Shown here one piece after another: positions 1-9,098 of a DNA stretch of 64,000 nt (position 1 is the stretch's first letter; every line of letters starts with the position of its first letter). A model generated the notes under the pieces. It searched no databases. It was not told the DNA's origin and saw only the letters and a program-made list of their open reading frames with translations. The translations under genes were made by a program, and so were the position numbers. Source of the DNA: Puniceicoccales bacterium (GTDB lineage: Bacteria > Verrucomicrobiota > Verrucomicrobiia > Opitutales > JAIRLM01); NCBI GenBank assembly GCA_031290195.1, contig JAITOA010000044.1, positions 256 to 64,255 on the forward strand, written 5' to 3'.

Positions 1-1361
1 TGCCGTGGAAGTAGGAGCGGTCTATGGCGGCAAGGTAGCCATTCCCCGACGGAACGAAGAGGACATTTTCCAGCGTGGCGAGGAGGCTATTCCCATCAAC
101 GGAAAGCCTGAAGGCAAACGGGTTGCCGTCCAGAAAAGCAACTACCCGGTCGGCGCAGAGGGTTCCCGCGGTCAACTCGTCCGCTTGAATTAGCGTGATG
201 CTGTCGCCGAATTCGAGGCCGGTCTCGTCTCCGGCGAAGTCGATTGTCACCAACGTGCCGTCTGGCCAGGAAGCGGTTTCGGATACTTGAAGTAGAAGGT
301 CGCCGTCGGCAACGTCTTCGGGAAGGGTAAAGTGAAACCTGTCAAAATTTTGAATGGATTTCACCGTTCCACACCAATTGTCAACGTGCAGCATGTTGTT
401 GGAGTGGATCGTGGATACTTCTCCTCCCCAACCATATAGATTTGAGTCCGTCAGATCTATGGCGCCAAGACCTCCGAGAATGCGTACGATGTTGTCGGAA
501 ATCACCGCACGGTCTTTACGGTCATAGGAAGCGTTGTAGTACCTTCCATGGCCACCGCAGATATCCGCCGTGATGGTTCCACCGCTGATTTCCACGACGT
601 TCCTGGTGCAAGGAATGTCTGAATAGGTATCTTTACGGACAAAGATGGACCCGCCGTAAATATTGGTCCTCTTTGACGCAGAACCGACGGTCGTTCCACT
701 TCCGGAGATGTAAATTTTGTTTCCGATGACGCTGCCGTCATTGGTGGCACCACCGCAAATTTCTGTTGCTTTCACTTCGGAGTCTTCGGTGATGGTGATG
801 GTGTTGTATTCCGTATGGTTGTCGTTATAACCTCCTATGATAGATTCGACTTCGGCGGAACCGCCGGAAATTGTCACGGTGTTTTCGAAAGTTAATAAAC
901 TTGCCCTGCCGCCATAAATTTCGACATATCCAGTCACCGTTCCGCCAATGGTGACGAAATTGCCGCGGGCGTAATTGCCATTTTGCGTATATCCGCCATA
1001 AACATAGCCGACCCGGGGATCCGGAAATCTCGTCGGATCACCGGTGAATATCACTGAATTATTATACACAACTGATTCATTAGCAGAGTGCAAGCCATAG
1101 AGGGTGTTGTTGCCTGAAAACGTGCAACCATCGACAATTAATTCACCTCCGGTAGCTCCAGATTCAGCTCCATAGCACTTTAAATTGGTTGAAACAGTAC
1201 TATCGGTGAGCATCGTTGCCGCCACTGCCTGCTGGGGAAGCAGTGGCGCCGCGGCGGCGAGCAGGATGGCCAGTGCTTTTCTCCATAGAGATTGTCCTAG
1301 TCGCGACCGCCGTTGAATTTTCCGGGGGACACATCCCCCCCCCCCCCCCGAAGGGGGGCAT
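1..1361 (-). CDS. Autotransporter / polymorphic-membrane-protein-like beta-helical passenger, partial (C-terminus lies beyond base 1); frame broken at a G15 tract after codon 4 (OFF as sequenced)
   Basis: Absent from the ORF track because there is no stop inside the window. My manual minus-strand translation is open from a TAG at about 1375 down to base 1. It reads ...PRKIQRRSRLGQSLWRKALAILLAAAAPLLPQQAVAATMLTDSTV..., which looks like a signal peptide. About 400 aa of 20-25 aa repeats with xGG cores follow (VYGGYT, EIYGGRA, TISGGSA, SIIGGYN, EICGGAT, NIYGGSI, EISGGTI, DICGGHG, RILGGLG), along with FSGN/FENT-type motifs. The only upstream ATG (1361) is out of frame by one base across the G15 tract. 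Confidence 0.7.
1335..1349 (-). repeat. Homopolymer: C15 on the + strand, G15 on the coding strand; followed on the + strand by G-AA-G6 (1350-1358)
   Basis: Counted directly: acat + 6 C (1335-1340) + 9 C (1341-1349) + g + aa + 6 G. It is by far the longest homopolymer I saw in the window; the others are 9 nt or shorter. Confidence 0.95.
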
Positions 1362-1523
1362 CCGTAAAGACTTTTCTACCCATGACCCCTGATTTTCTAA
1401 GGAAACACATGGATGGACAATATTTTTTTAGAATTGCCGGTGAATTTTCCAAAAAACTTCCCACAGGCTGAAGCCTTCTACGCAGTTTCCAAAGGATCAA
1501 TTTGATCCCCCGGTCACCCGACT

Positions 1524-2681
1524 TTACCGGTGGCGGGCACGAATGAGGTAAATAGCCAGAAAAATGCTGAAGAAAAGAGGGATAGCCATGTGGAGGTACA
1601 TCGTCCGGTATCCAAAAAAATCCGCAATGGCGCCGGAAAATAGCGGGCCAAGTCCATTTCCCACGTCAAATCCCAGGAAGAAGGTCGCCGTCGCAGCGCC
1701 AAAGTGGCAGGATTTTACGCCGACGAGGGCCATTACCTGAAGACTTCCCAGAAGGGCACCGAAGGATAGCCCGTGGAGAACGGCCGCCACCGACAGCCAT
1801 CCGGGAAACGGCGCATGGGCAAGGGCGAAAAAAGCAAGAAGAAGAAGAAACAGAGCCGGAATGGAAATAAAGAGGGCACTGTAGCGATCCACAAGACGGC
1901 CCGCAATGGGGCGGGAAATGAGCAATACCAGGGCAGAAATTGTAAAAAATGGCACGGCGGATGGACTTCCCAATTGCCGCGCATAGAGGGGCAAAAAACT
2001 GGTAATGGAGGAAGAGGCGGAAGCCACCATGAAAATAAGGAGGCAGGGAGGCAGGGCCGAACGGAGGAAAAGGGTGGATGCGGGACGGTCCGTGGCCGTT
2101 GTAGTGTCCCGGACGAAGGGTAGCCGCAGCCGTGAAGTCAGGAAAAATCCAAGAAAATTAAGGACGATGCAGGTCAAAAATAGTGCATTGAACGAATAAT
2201 GCTCCACGATGGCGAAGCCGACGGCCGGAGCCGCCCCCATGGCAATGCCGATGGAAAGAGTAAAAATTCCCATTCCTTCACCGAGACGGTTGGCCGGAAG
2301 CAGGCCGGCGACGATGGTGCTGACGGACGTGGCGGCGATCGCCCAAAAAAGACCGTGGAGAATGCGTACCGCCACCAAAGCAGCAATGCTGGTCGCAGCG
2401 AAGTAGGCCATCAGGGAAATTCCAAGACCTATTTGGGCACAGAGGAGAATTTTACGCCGGCCAAAGCGATCCAGCAGCAATCCACCGAACGGCCGAGAAA
2501 AGAGCATGGCAAAAACCATGGCACCGGAGCAGATACCAACGGAACGGTTATCACCTGCCAGCCGGTCCACGAGGAGAGGCAGAGTCGTCAGGAGCATCTG
2601 GGCGACAAAAAACGCGAGAATTTGGACGACGAATAGCCAGGCAAAGTTTGCCGTCCAGAATACGGGTGTGCGGGATTTCAT
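1524..2681 (-). CDS. MFS-family transporter
   Basis: 385 aa and hydrophobic throughout, with about 12 predicted TM segments. It carries the MFS loop motif LLLDRFGRRKILL between TM2 and TM3. Confidence 0.8.
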   Translation of the reverse strand: MKSRTPVFWTANFAWLFVVQILAFFVAQMLLTTLPLLVDRLAGDNRSVGICSGAMVFAMLFSRPFGGLLLDRFGRRKILLCAQIGLGISLMAYFAATSIAALVAVRILHGLFWAIAATSVSTIVAGLLPANRLGEGMGIFTLSIGIAMGAAPAVGFAIVEHYSFNALFLTCIVLNFLGFFLTSRLRLPFVRDTTTATDRPASTLFLRSALPPCLLIFMVASASSSITSFLPLYARQLGSPSAVPFFTISALVLLISRPIAGRLVDRYSALFISIPALFLLLLAFFALAHAPFPGWLSVAAVLHGLSFGALLGSLQVMALVGVKSCHFGAATATFFLGFDVGNGLGPLFSGAIADFFGYRTMYLHMAIPLFFSIFLAIYLIRARHR

Positions 2682-2690
2682 GGGAGAAAC

Positions 2691-4016
2691 TCAGACGGGG
2701 CAGGTCATTTTCTCCACTAAGTGCACGCTGGCCACAATTTCTTCGCTACCCGTCACCATGTTCCTCAGAGTGCAGCGGCCATCCGAGCCACTTTCTTCCC
2801 CGAATAGAACGGCGAACTTCGCTCCCGCCCGATCCGCCAATTTTAGCTGTTTTCCCATGGAAAGTCCCGGCGTCAGCGCATAGAGAACGCTGCGGCCGGC
2901 CAGGCGTAGATTTTGGGCTAGGCCAAGGGCAGCGGCCTGGGCACTGCCATCAAAAACAATCCAAAAATCGCAGCCACCACTGGGAGGAGGAAGTAGTTTC
3001 TTCTCCCGCAAAAGATTTCCAAGAGTCACGTCGCCGATGGCGAAGCCACAGGCCGGAAGAGATATTCCCGTAAGTTTTCCCACCAGATCGTCGTAGCGAC
3101 CTCCACCGGCCAGTGCCCTGGACTCTCCGGTCCGTTCGAAGGCCTCGAAGACGAATCCGGTATAGTAGGCCAATCCGCGGACGATTCCCACGTCGACGGT
3201 AACAAAATCTGCCAGTCCCAGGGCGCCTAAAAACTGCAGCAATTCCCTCCATTCCCCAAGACGCTCCATGGCCAAAGGCAGAGCTAGATTGGAAAAAAAG
3301 TTTTCAAGGGAATTCAAATCGCCGCAGCCGCAGAAGGAACTGGCGGCTCCTAGAAATTTTTCCACGGCGGCGGCGGTCGGAAAAAAAGTTTGCAACCGCT
3401 GCACCGTGATCTCCAAAGGAACCCGTCCCATTCGATCCATGATGCCGAGAACCTCCGGAGTGGAGCTGTCCCCAACGCCAAAGGAGGACAAAAAATGGAA
3501 CCACAGCCGACGATCACTGAGCCGCACCTGGAAATCGCCCGCCGCCAACCCGAAGGCTCGGAGGGAGGAGATGAGTACGGCCAGCACCTCCCCATCGCCA
3601 CGGACCCCCTTTTCCCCCAGCAGGTCCAAGTTCATCTGGTAAAATGCGCGCAGTCGACCCTTCTGGGGCCGTTCGTAGCGGAAATGTTCGCCCACGGTAA
3701 ACCATCGGATGGGCCGGCGAAGACTGGCCGCCCTGGCTCCCACCATGCGGGCCAGGGTTGGCGTCATCTCCGGGCGGAGTGCGACGGAACGGCCGCCGCG
3801 GTCCTGGAATTGGAAGAGCTGCTCCGCTATTTCCGGACCGGATTTTTCCGTAAAAAGTTCCAATGGTTCCAGAATGGGCCCATCAAATTCTTCGAAGCCA
3901 AAGCCACCGGCTACCCGGCGGAAAGTGGAAAAAATGTAATTCCGCAGTGCGCAGTCCTCCGGATAGAAGTCCCGAAATCCTGGCAAAACATCGACCATGG
4001 CACCACCGTGAACCAT
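2691..4016 (-). CDS. hisS: Histidyl-tRNA synthetase
   Basis: Class II motifs are present: FRYERPQKGRLRAFYQMNLDLLG, RGLAYYTG and GGGRYD. I prefer the start at MVHGGAMVDVLPGFRDF (ATG 4016; alternative 3998). The track start at 4139 would overlap the upstream gene. Confidence 0.9.
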   Translation of the reverse strand: MVHGGAMVDVLPGFRDFYPEDCALRNYIFSTFRRVAGGFGFEEFDGPILEPLELFTEKSGPEIAEQLFQFQDRGGRSVALRPEMTPTLARMVGARAASLRRPIRWFTVGEHFRYERPQKGRLRAFYQMNLDLLGEKGVRGDGEVLAVLISSLRAFGLAAGDFQVRLSDRRLWFHFLSSFGVGDSSTPEVLGIMDRMGRVPLEITVQRLQTFFPTAAAVEKFLGAASSFCGCGDLNSLENFFSNLALPLAMERLGEWRELLQFLGALGLADFVTVDVGIVRGLAYYTGFVFEAFERTGESRALAGGGRYDDLVGKLTGISLPACGFAIGDVTLGNLLREKKLLPPPSGGCDFWIVFDGSAQAAALGLAQNLRLAGRSVLYALTPGLSMGKQLKLADRAGAKFAVLFGEESGSDGRCTLRNMVTGSEEIVASVHLVEKMTCPV

Positions 4017-4030
4017 TTTTATTGCCGCTG

Positions 4031-5383
4031 TCAAGTCCCGGCCACCTTCGCCTTTAACCCATGCCAGCCACCGCAACCATTGGCAATCAGGACCAGTGCG
4101 CCGGACTCCCGGAGCACGGCCGCAAAAAATTCCTCCCACTCTTTCATTCGCGACCTCTCGCCGCCATCACCTTCAGTTTCAGGAGTAGGCACGCCCTTCA
4201 ATTTTCCTCCTTTGCGGAGCCGGTCGGTCCAGGCTCTAAGCCGGATTATATCCAGGTAAAAATTTTCTTCGCCGAGGCAAAATTTCACATGCTCCACTGG
4301 ACTTCCTTCTCCGCAGTGCCATAGTTCCCCATTTCCAGCTCCATCAAACACCAAACAGATAGGCTGCCCATGGCCACGGACGGCAATTTCGACGGAATCG
4401 CTTGCCCGAACCTGCTTCCCAATCGGAACGACGCCTTCGAGGTCGAAGTGTCTCTGTTTTATCAGTTGTCGAGTGAGAGGGTGAATGCCTCCGTCTTCCC
4501 GGGAAATTTCCTTGGTTGCGCAGCCATCTATGGCGTGGAGAAGGGTTTCCAACAGAAGGAAATATTCCCAGGTCTCCCCATCCAGAAGTGCGGCGCTAAA
4601 TCTATCGCGGGCAATTTTATAGGATTCCATCAGGGTAAAAAAATTTTCTTTTCTGGGGAAATTTTCGAAATGCTTCCTCTGACTCTCGTAAAAATTAATG
4701 AAAAAATCTATCCCTTCCCGGTTGGGAACTTGGAAAAATAGGTCCTTGAAATTTCCGTTTGGAAGAATTCCAACGTTACTGGGGATGGGGAAACCTCTTG
4801 GAATGGCCTGGATTGCGGCAAGGTCCGGCGTGACCCCCATTCCGCTTAAAAGGGGAACGAGCACGGAACAATGTCGGATTAGCGCACTGTAAATGTACAG
4901 CAGGTGCTGCAGGGCGTCGCCGTGCAGGAAACAGAACAGGGCAGCCCGATTGCTTTCAGGGGTCGAATGCAGTAAATTTTTATTTTCTTCGGCGGCAGCT
5001 CGCTGCACTTTCTTTTCCGGAGAAAGCAGGTTTTGCAAAATTTTTCCGGCATTCGGTGCTTTTTCCCCGTCCAGACCATTCAACATCGGTGCCAACGACG
5101 CCCGATATTCCGCCATCATTTTTGCATGGATGACGTCCCGAAATTTTTGCCAGCCGGCATCGGATTCCTCTTTGAAATGGGCGACACAGCGGTGGAAGTG
5201 ATCTGCAAAGCCTTTGGGGGTAAAACATTTCCAAGTACATCCGAGAAATTTTACCTCTCCCTCTGCTGCCCGGACGCAGACACTCGATGCACCTTCCACG
5301 CCATCCATTGGCTTCCAGTATTTCCCGTGACACCGGCATTGCAATGGAAAAAGCCGATGGGTCCGGCCCCACTTTTCGGCCAA
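4031..5383 (-). CDS. Hypothetical protein with a Cys/His-rich N-terminus
   Basis: 450 aa ORF, co-directional with hisS and ending 15 nt before it. The N-terminus reads CRCHGKYW...CTWKC...HFHRCVAHF, possibly metal-binding. I recognise no family. Confidence 0.55.
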   Translation of the reverse strand: MAEKWGRTHRLFPLQCRCHGKYWKPMDGVEGASSVCVRAAEGEVKFLGCTWKCFTPKGFADHFHRCVAHFKEESDAGWQKFRDVIHAKMMAEYRASLAPMLNGLDGEKAPNAGKILQNLLSPEKKVQRAAAEENKNLLHSTPESNRAALFCFLHGDALQHLLYIYSALIRHCSVLVPLLSGMGVTPDLAAIQAIPRGFPIPSNVGILPNGNFKDLFFQVPNREGIDFFINFYESQRKHFENFPRKENFFTLMESYKIARDRFSAALLDGETWEYFLLLETLLHAIDGCATKEISREDGGIHPLTRQLIKQRHFDLEGVVPIGKQVRASDSVEIAVRGHGQPICLVFDGAGNGELWHCGEGSPVEHVKFCLGEENFYLDIIRLRAWTDRLRKGGKLKGVPTPETEGDGGERSRMKEWEEFFAAVLRESGALVLIANGCGGWHGLKAKVAGT

Positions 5384-5465
5384 TGGGACCCTCTCCGAGG
5401 GGCAAAAACATTTGACTCTTCAGTCGGAGAATTCTAGCAAGAAAGAACGGCGGGCGCAGGTTATT

Positions 5466-8372
5466 ATGCTGGGAATAGGAAACATTTGGCGACGGCTGGT
5501 AGGTCGTCATTACCGTAAATTTTTGCGGCGCTGTGATCCGCTGCTGCAGAAAATCAATGAATGGGACAGTGCTTTCCGTTCCCTCTCCGACGGAGAATTG
5601 GCGCAAAAAACAGAGGAATTTCGTCGTCGCCTGGGTGGGGGAGAAGTTCTGGACACGCTTCTACCGGAGGCCTTTGGCGTCATAAAAAATGCAGCCCGGA
5701 GACTCTGCGGAAAAAAATTGTCCGTTTGCGGGGAGGAGTTGGAGTGGCAAATGGTCCCCTACGATATGCAGCTCATCGGAGGCATTGCTTTGCATTCCAA
5801 TAAAATAGCGGAAATGGCAACGGGTGAAGGGAAGACCCTTGTAGCCACTCTTCCCCTCTACCTCAACGCACTGACGGGACGCAACTGCCAGCTGGTGACC
5901 GTCAATGACTACCTGGCCCGGCGGGACGCAGAGTGGATGGGTTATCTTTTTTCTTTCCTTGGAATTAGCGTCGGTTGCATTCAGAGCGTCATGGACCCGG
6001 AAGAACGGCGGCGGGCCTACGGCTGCGACGTCACCTACGGAACGGCGGCAGAGTTCGGCTTTGACTACCTGCGCGACAACGGTCTGGCCTATTCTCCGGA
6101 GGAGCAGGTGCAGAGGGATCACTACTTCTGCATCGTGGATGAAATTGACTCGGTTCTTGTGGATGAGGCCCGGACTCCGCTAGTTATTTCCGGCCCCATG
6201 GCAGAGGAACGAGTGGCCCCCTATGGAGAACTTTGCGGATCGGTGCAGCGGCTCGTACAATTGCAGACGCAAATTTGCAATCGTCTCATCGGAGAAGCAA
6301 AGGAACTGATGGATAGAAATCCATCCGATGAAACGGCATTTTCAAAATTGTACGCAGTGAGCATGGGCATGCCCAAGCATCGGCAGCTGTGCAAATTGCT
6401 GGAATTCGGCCCCATTGGAAAGCGACTGGAGCGACTGGGGGGAGAAATGGCCAGTGACCTTCGGAGGGACGAGCGCTTTGCACTGCGGGAAAGCCTCTAC
6501 TTCACCGTCGACGAGCGGCAAAACACGGCGGACCTGACGGAGCTGGGCCGCACGGCTCTCTATCCCGATGACCCGGACGCCTTTGTTCTCCCAGATCTCG
6601 CGGAAATTTTTTCCGAAATTGACCGGCGAAATGACCTCACCTTTCCGGAAAAACAGGAGCAAAAGCGGCGGCAGAGTGAACGAGCGGCGGCCATCGGAGA
6701 ACGCATTCACTGCATTGGCCAGCTGGTCCGCGCCCACATCCTCTTCGAAAAGGACCAGCACTACATTGTCCACGGCGGCCAGGTGCTCATCGTGGACCCC
6801 AACACCGGCCGCGCCATGCAAGGGCGCCGCTGGAGCGATGGACTCCACCAGGCCGTGGAGGCCAAGGAGAACCTTACAATCCAAAAGGAAAGTCGCACCT
6901 TCGCCACGATCACTGTTCAAAATTATTTTCGACTCTACGAGAAGTTGGCCGGAATGACGGGTACAGCGGAGACGGAGGCCCAGGAATTTCACGATATCTA
7001 CAGGCTCTCCGTAGTGGTGATCCCCACGCACCAACCCTGCATTCGCAGGGATGAAAACGACGTTATCTACAAAACTCGACGGGAGAAGTATGCGGCGGTG
7101 ATCGAAGACATTGGGGAGGCCCACGGCCGAGGGCAGCCGGTGCTGGTGGGAACAACGTCCGTAGAGGCATCGGAATTGCTGGGAAAAATGCTCCACATGA
7201 AAAAATTGCCCCACACCATCCTCAATGCAAAATTCCATGAAACGGAGGCAAAGATTATTGCAAGAGCGGGGGCCGTCGGAGCTATTACCCTCGCCACCAA
7301 CATGGCGGGCCGAGGAACGGACATCCGTCTTGCCGATGGTGTGTGTGCTCTCGGAGGACTGCGGGTCATTGGAACCGAACGCCATGAATCTCGCCGTATC
7401 GACCGACAGCTGCGGGGGCGCTGTGCTCGGCAGGGGGATCCGGGGGCGTCGAAATTTTACATTTCCCTGGAAGACGACCTCATGCGGCTTTTCGCTAGCC
7501 GTGGACCTATCGCTGCCATCCTCGACCGCACCTTTCGGGAAGGAGACGTACTGACACACCCCCTGCTAAATCGTTCCATCGGCAGTGCCCAGCGGAAGGT
7601 GGAGCAGCAAAACTATGCCATCCGCCGCCGGCTCCTCCAGTACGACGATGTGCTCAATGTACAGAGAGATGTGATCTATGCCATTCGCAATGGCGCGCTG
7701 CACAGTGAACGGCCAAAAGAGATTATTGAGGAATTACTTTCCGAGGAACTTGCCGTTCTGTGCTCCTTTGATGGCGAAAGTGAAATGGCCTCAGAGGAAG
7801 CGATGCAGCGGCTGCGCATGCTATTCCCCATCGTCGTTGAGCGGGAAAAGTTAGCTGGATTGAAGCCGGATGAAAGGGTGGAGCTGCTGATGGAACGGAT
7901 CCGGAAAGCCTATGCGGCCAAGGAGGAATTGGAGGATCCGGAGGTGCTGCGGCGGCTGGAACGCATTATCCTATTGAGAACCATCGACCACCACTGGCAG
8001 GTGCATCTGACGGAAATGGATGACCTGCGCCACGGCGTTGGCCTGCGAAGTTACGCTCAAAAGAATCCACTCTATGAATATAAAGCCGAAGCCTTCGATC
8101 GCTTTGAGCAGCTCATGGGGGCGGTACGGCGGGAGGTGGCATTTTCCCTGTTCCGTTCGGCCAGCAGCGCGGAAAAATTCCAGGAAATTCTGCAGAAGAT
8201 TCACCATTTTGGCGGCGGGGAATCCCTAAAAAATCCACCGCTGGAACCAGAAAAAAAGACGCACCAAATTTTGCGAAGCACGCTTTCTCGGGCGGTGATC
8301 GCCGACACCGGTCGCAATGAACTCTGCCCTTGCGGTAGCGGGAAAAAATATAAGAAATGTTGCGGAAGTTGA
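5466..8372 (+). CDS. secA: Preprotein translocase ATPase SecA
   Basis: DEAD-motor motifs are present (MATGEGKTLVATLP, DEIDSVLVDEARTPLVISG, TNMAGRGTDI), plus the C-terminal zinc motif CPCGSGKKYKKCCG. I prefer the start at MLGIGNIWRR (ATG 5466). The track TTG at 5412 coincides with a TTGACT -35-like box. Confidence 0.95.
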   Translation: MLGIGNIWRRLVGRHYRKFLRRCDPLLQKINEWDSAFRSLSDGELAQKTEEFRRRLGGGEVLDTLLPEAFGVIKNAARRLCGKKLSVCGEELEWQMVPYDMQLIGGIALHSNKIAEMATGEGKTLVATLPLYLNALTGRNCQLVTVNDYLARRDAEWMGYLFSFLGISVGCIQSVMDPEERRRAYGCDVTYGTAAEFGFDYLRDNGLAYSPEEQVQRDHYFCIVDEIDSVLVDEARTPLVISGPMAEERVAPYGELCGSVQRLVQLQTQICNRLIGEAKELMDRNPSDETAFSKLYAVSMGMPKHRQLCKLLEFGPIGKRLERLGGEMASDLRRDERFALRESLYFTVDERQNTADLTELGRTALYPDDPDAFVLPDLAEIFSEIDRRNDLTFPEKQEQKRRQSERAAAIGERIHCIGQLVRAHILFEKDQHYIVHGGQVLIVDPNTGRAMQGRRWSDGLHQAVEAKENLTIQKESRTFATITVQNYFRLYEKLAGMTGTAETEAQEFHDIYRLSVVVIPTHQPCIRRDENDVIYKTRREKYAAVIEDIGEAHGRGQPVLVGTTSVEASELLGKMLHMKKLPHTILNAKFHETEAKIIARAGAVGAITLATNMAGRGTDIRLADGVCALGGLRVIGTERHESRRIDRQLRGRCARQGDPGASKFYISLEDDLMRLFASRGPIAAILDRTFREGDVLTHPLLNRSIGSAQRKVEQQNYAIRRRLLQYDDVLNVQRDVIYAIRNGALHSERPKEIIEELLSEELAVLCSFDGESEMASEEAMQRLRMLFPIVVEREKLAGLKPDERVELLMERIRKAYAAKEELEDPEVLRRLERIILLRTIDHHWQVHLTEMDDLRHGVGLRSYAQKNPLYEYKAEAFDRFEQLMGAVRREVAFSLFRSASSAEKFQEILQKIHHFGGGESLKNPPLEPEKKTHQILRSTLSRAVIADTGRNELCPCGSGKKYKKCCGS

Positions 8373-8857
8373 TGATGGACAAACAAAGAGGCGGTATTTT
8401 GGGGGTCGGCGTGGACCTGATAGAAGTGAACCGCATTCGAAAGGCTCACAGGCGTTGGGGCGATCAATTTTTAAGACGTATTTTTACCGAGGAAGAGGTC
8501 CGCCATTGCTTTTCCAGGATCGACCCCTACCAATCCCTGGCCGCAAGATTTGCCGGAAAGGAGGCCGCGGCAAAGGCACTTTCCAGTGGCTTCGGGGCAC
8601 AACTTTCCTTCCGGTCCATTGCCATCGTCTCCAAAAAAAATGGTGCCCCCCAGGTAATTCTGGAGGAGACAAAGAGCGTATTGCTTCTCGGCAAAAAGCT
8701 GCTCGTTTCTCTGTCTCATACGGCTAAATTTGCCCTTGCCCAGGTAGTTCTCTGCGGCTCCCTTCCCTCGGACCAAACGGACGACCGAATCCCCATGGAG
8801 GGTGTTTCGCAACCTCTGACCAATTCTGATAACCCCAATTTCCTTACGAAAAACTAG
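8372..8857 (+). CDS. acpS: Holo-ACP synthase (4'-phosphopantetheinyl transferase)
   Basis: Contains GVGVDLIEVNRI and ARFAGKEAAAKAL. The ATG shares its A with the secA TGA stop (TGATG overlap). It has a C-terminal tail of about 35 aa beyond the usual AcpS length. Confidence 0.85.
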   Translation: MMDKQRGGILGVGVDLIEVNRIRKAHRRWGDQFLRRIFTEEEVRHCFSRIDPYQSLAARFAGKEAAAKALSSGFGAQLSFRSIAIVSKKNGAPQVILEETKSVLLLGKKLLVSLSHTAKFALAQVVLCGSLPSDQTDDRIPMEGVSQPLTNSDNPNFLTKN

Positions 8858-9061
8858 TTCCTGTCCTGCAAGTTTTCAGAGCAAAAATTTCGCCGCTGAA
8901 ACTATTTTGCGTACCCGAGAGACCGAATATTATCGTAGAAATCGGACCTTGGAAAATTTTTCCAACAAGAAGTGGAGCTAGAATTAGGAATGATTCGTCC
9001 ATGGAGCAATTTATGTAGATTGGTGTGCCGCCAAAACAGACAGAGTTTTGAAATAATAGAC

Positions 9062-9090
9062 TTGACCCGCCCTCCTAAATAGCACACATT
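9062..9090 (+). promoter_or_regulatory. Sigma70-like promoter candidate for the patatin gene (TTGACC-17-CACATT), with the -10 ending 8 nt before the ATG
   Basis: Read directly: cTTGACCcgccctcctaaatagcaCACATTcctaaaaaATG. Confidence 0.4.
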
Positions 9091-9098
9091 CCTAAAAA

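Noticed and set aside
5-193. 62-aa plus-strand ORF at the window start, and 502-753 (-) in another frame
   Set aside because: Both lie within or antisense to the long, repeat-structured minus-strand passenger ORF, which is open across the whole region. Their composition is not protein-like.
1335-1358. C15-GAA-G6 as a Rho-independent terminator of the MFS gene
   Set aside because: It lies about 170 nt downstream of the MFS stop (1524) on the minus strand, but the minus-strand order is C6-TTC-G15 with no U-tract after it. Its position four codons after an ATG fits phase variation better. A structural role cannot be excluded.
1297-1500. 67-aa minus-strand ORF that reads through the G15 tract (…PLRGGGGDVSPGKFNGGRD)
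   Set aside because: It is a third frame across the tract, ending at TAG 1297-1299 with no protein-like features. It is best explained as the 5' leader and promoter region of the passenger gene.
1773-2636. Many 60-150-aa ORFs antisense to or overlapping the MFS gene; similar clusters lie over hisS, secA, murC-murB, the RNR-like gene, sucD and others
   Set aside because: These are typical shadow ORFs of GC-rich coding regions, with Arg/Gly/Pro-rich translations. Each is fully contained within a longer ORF that has clear family motifs.
5412-5465. Track start codons TTG 5412 (secA), TTG 21371 (paralog 2), TTG 33947 (OTU-like gene) and TTG 58195 (kinase-like gene)
   Set aside because: The first three TTGs are the first three bases of a TTGAC(T/G) -35-like hexamer and are followed by an ATG with better context, so they look like ORF-caller over-extensions. 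TTG 58195 (TTGGAC) has no comparable promoter support, and a strong internal promoter points to ATG 57913 instead.
8874-8910. Possible terminator after acpS (TTTCAG-N16-CTGAAA followed by CTATTTT)
   Set aside because: The 6-bp A/T-rich stem and 16-nt loop are too weak to call.
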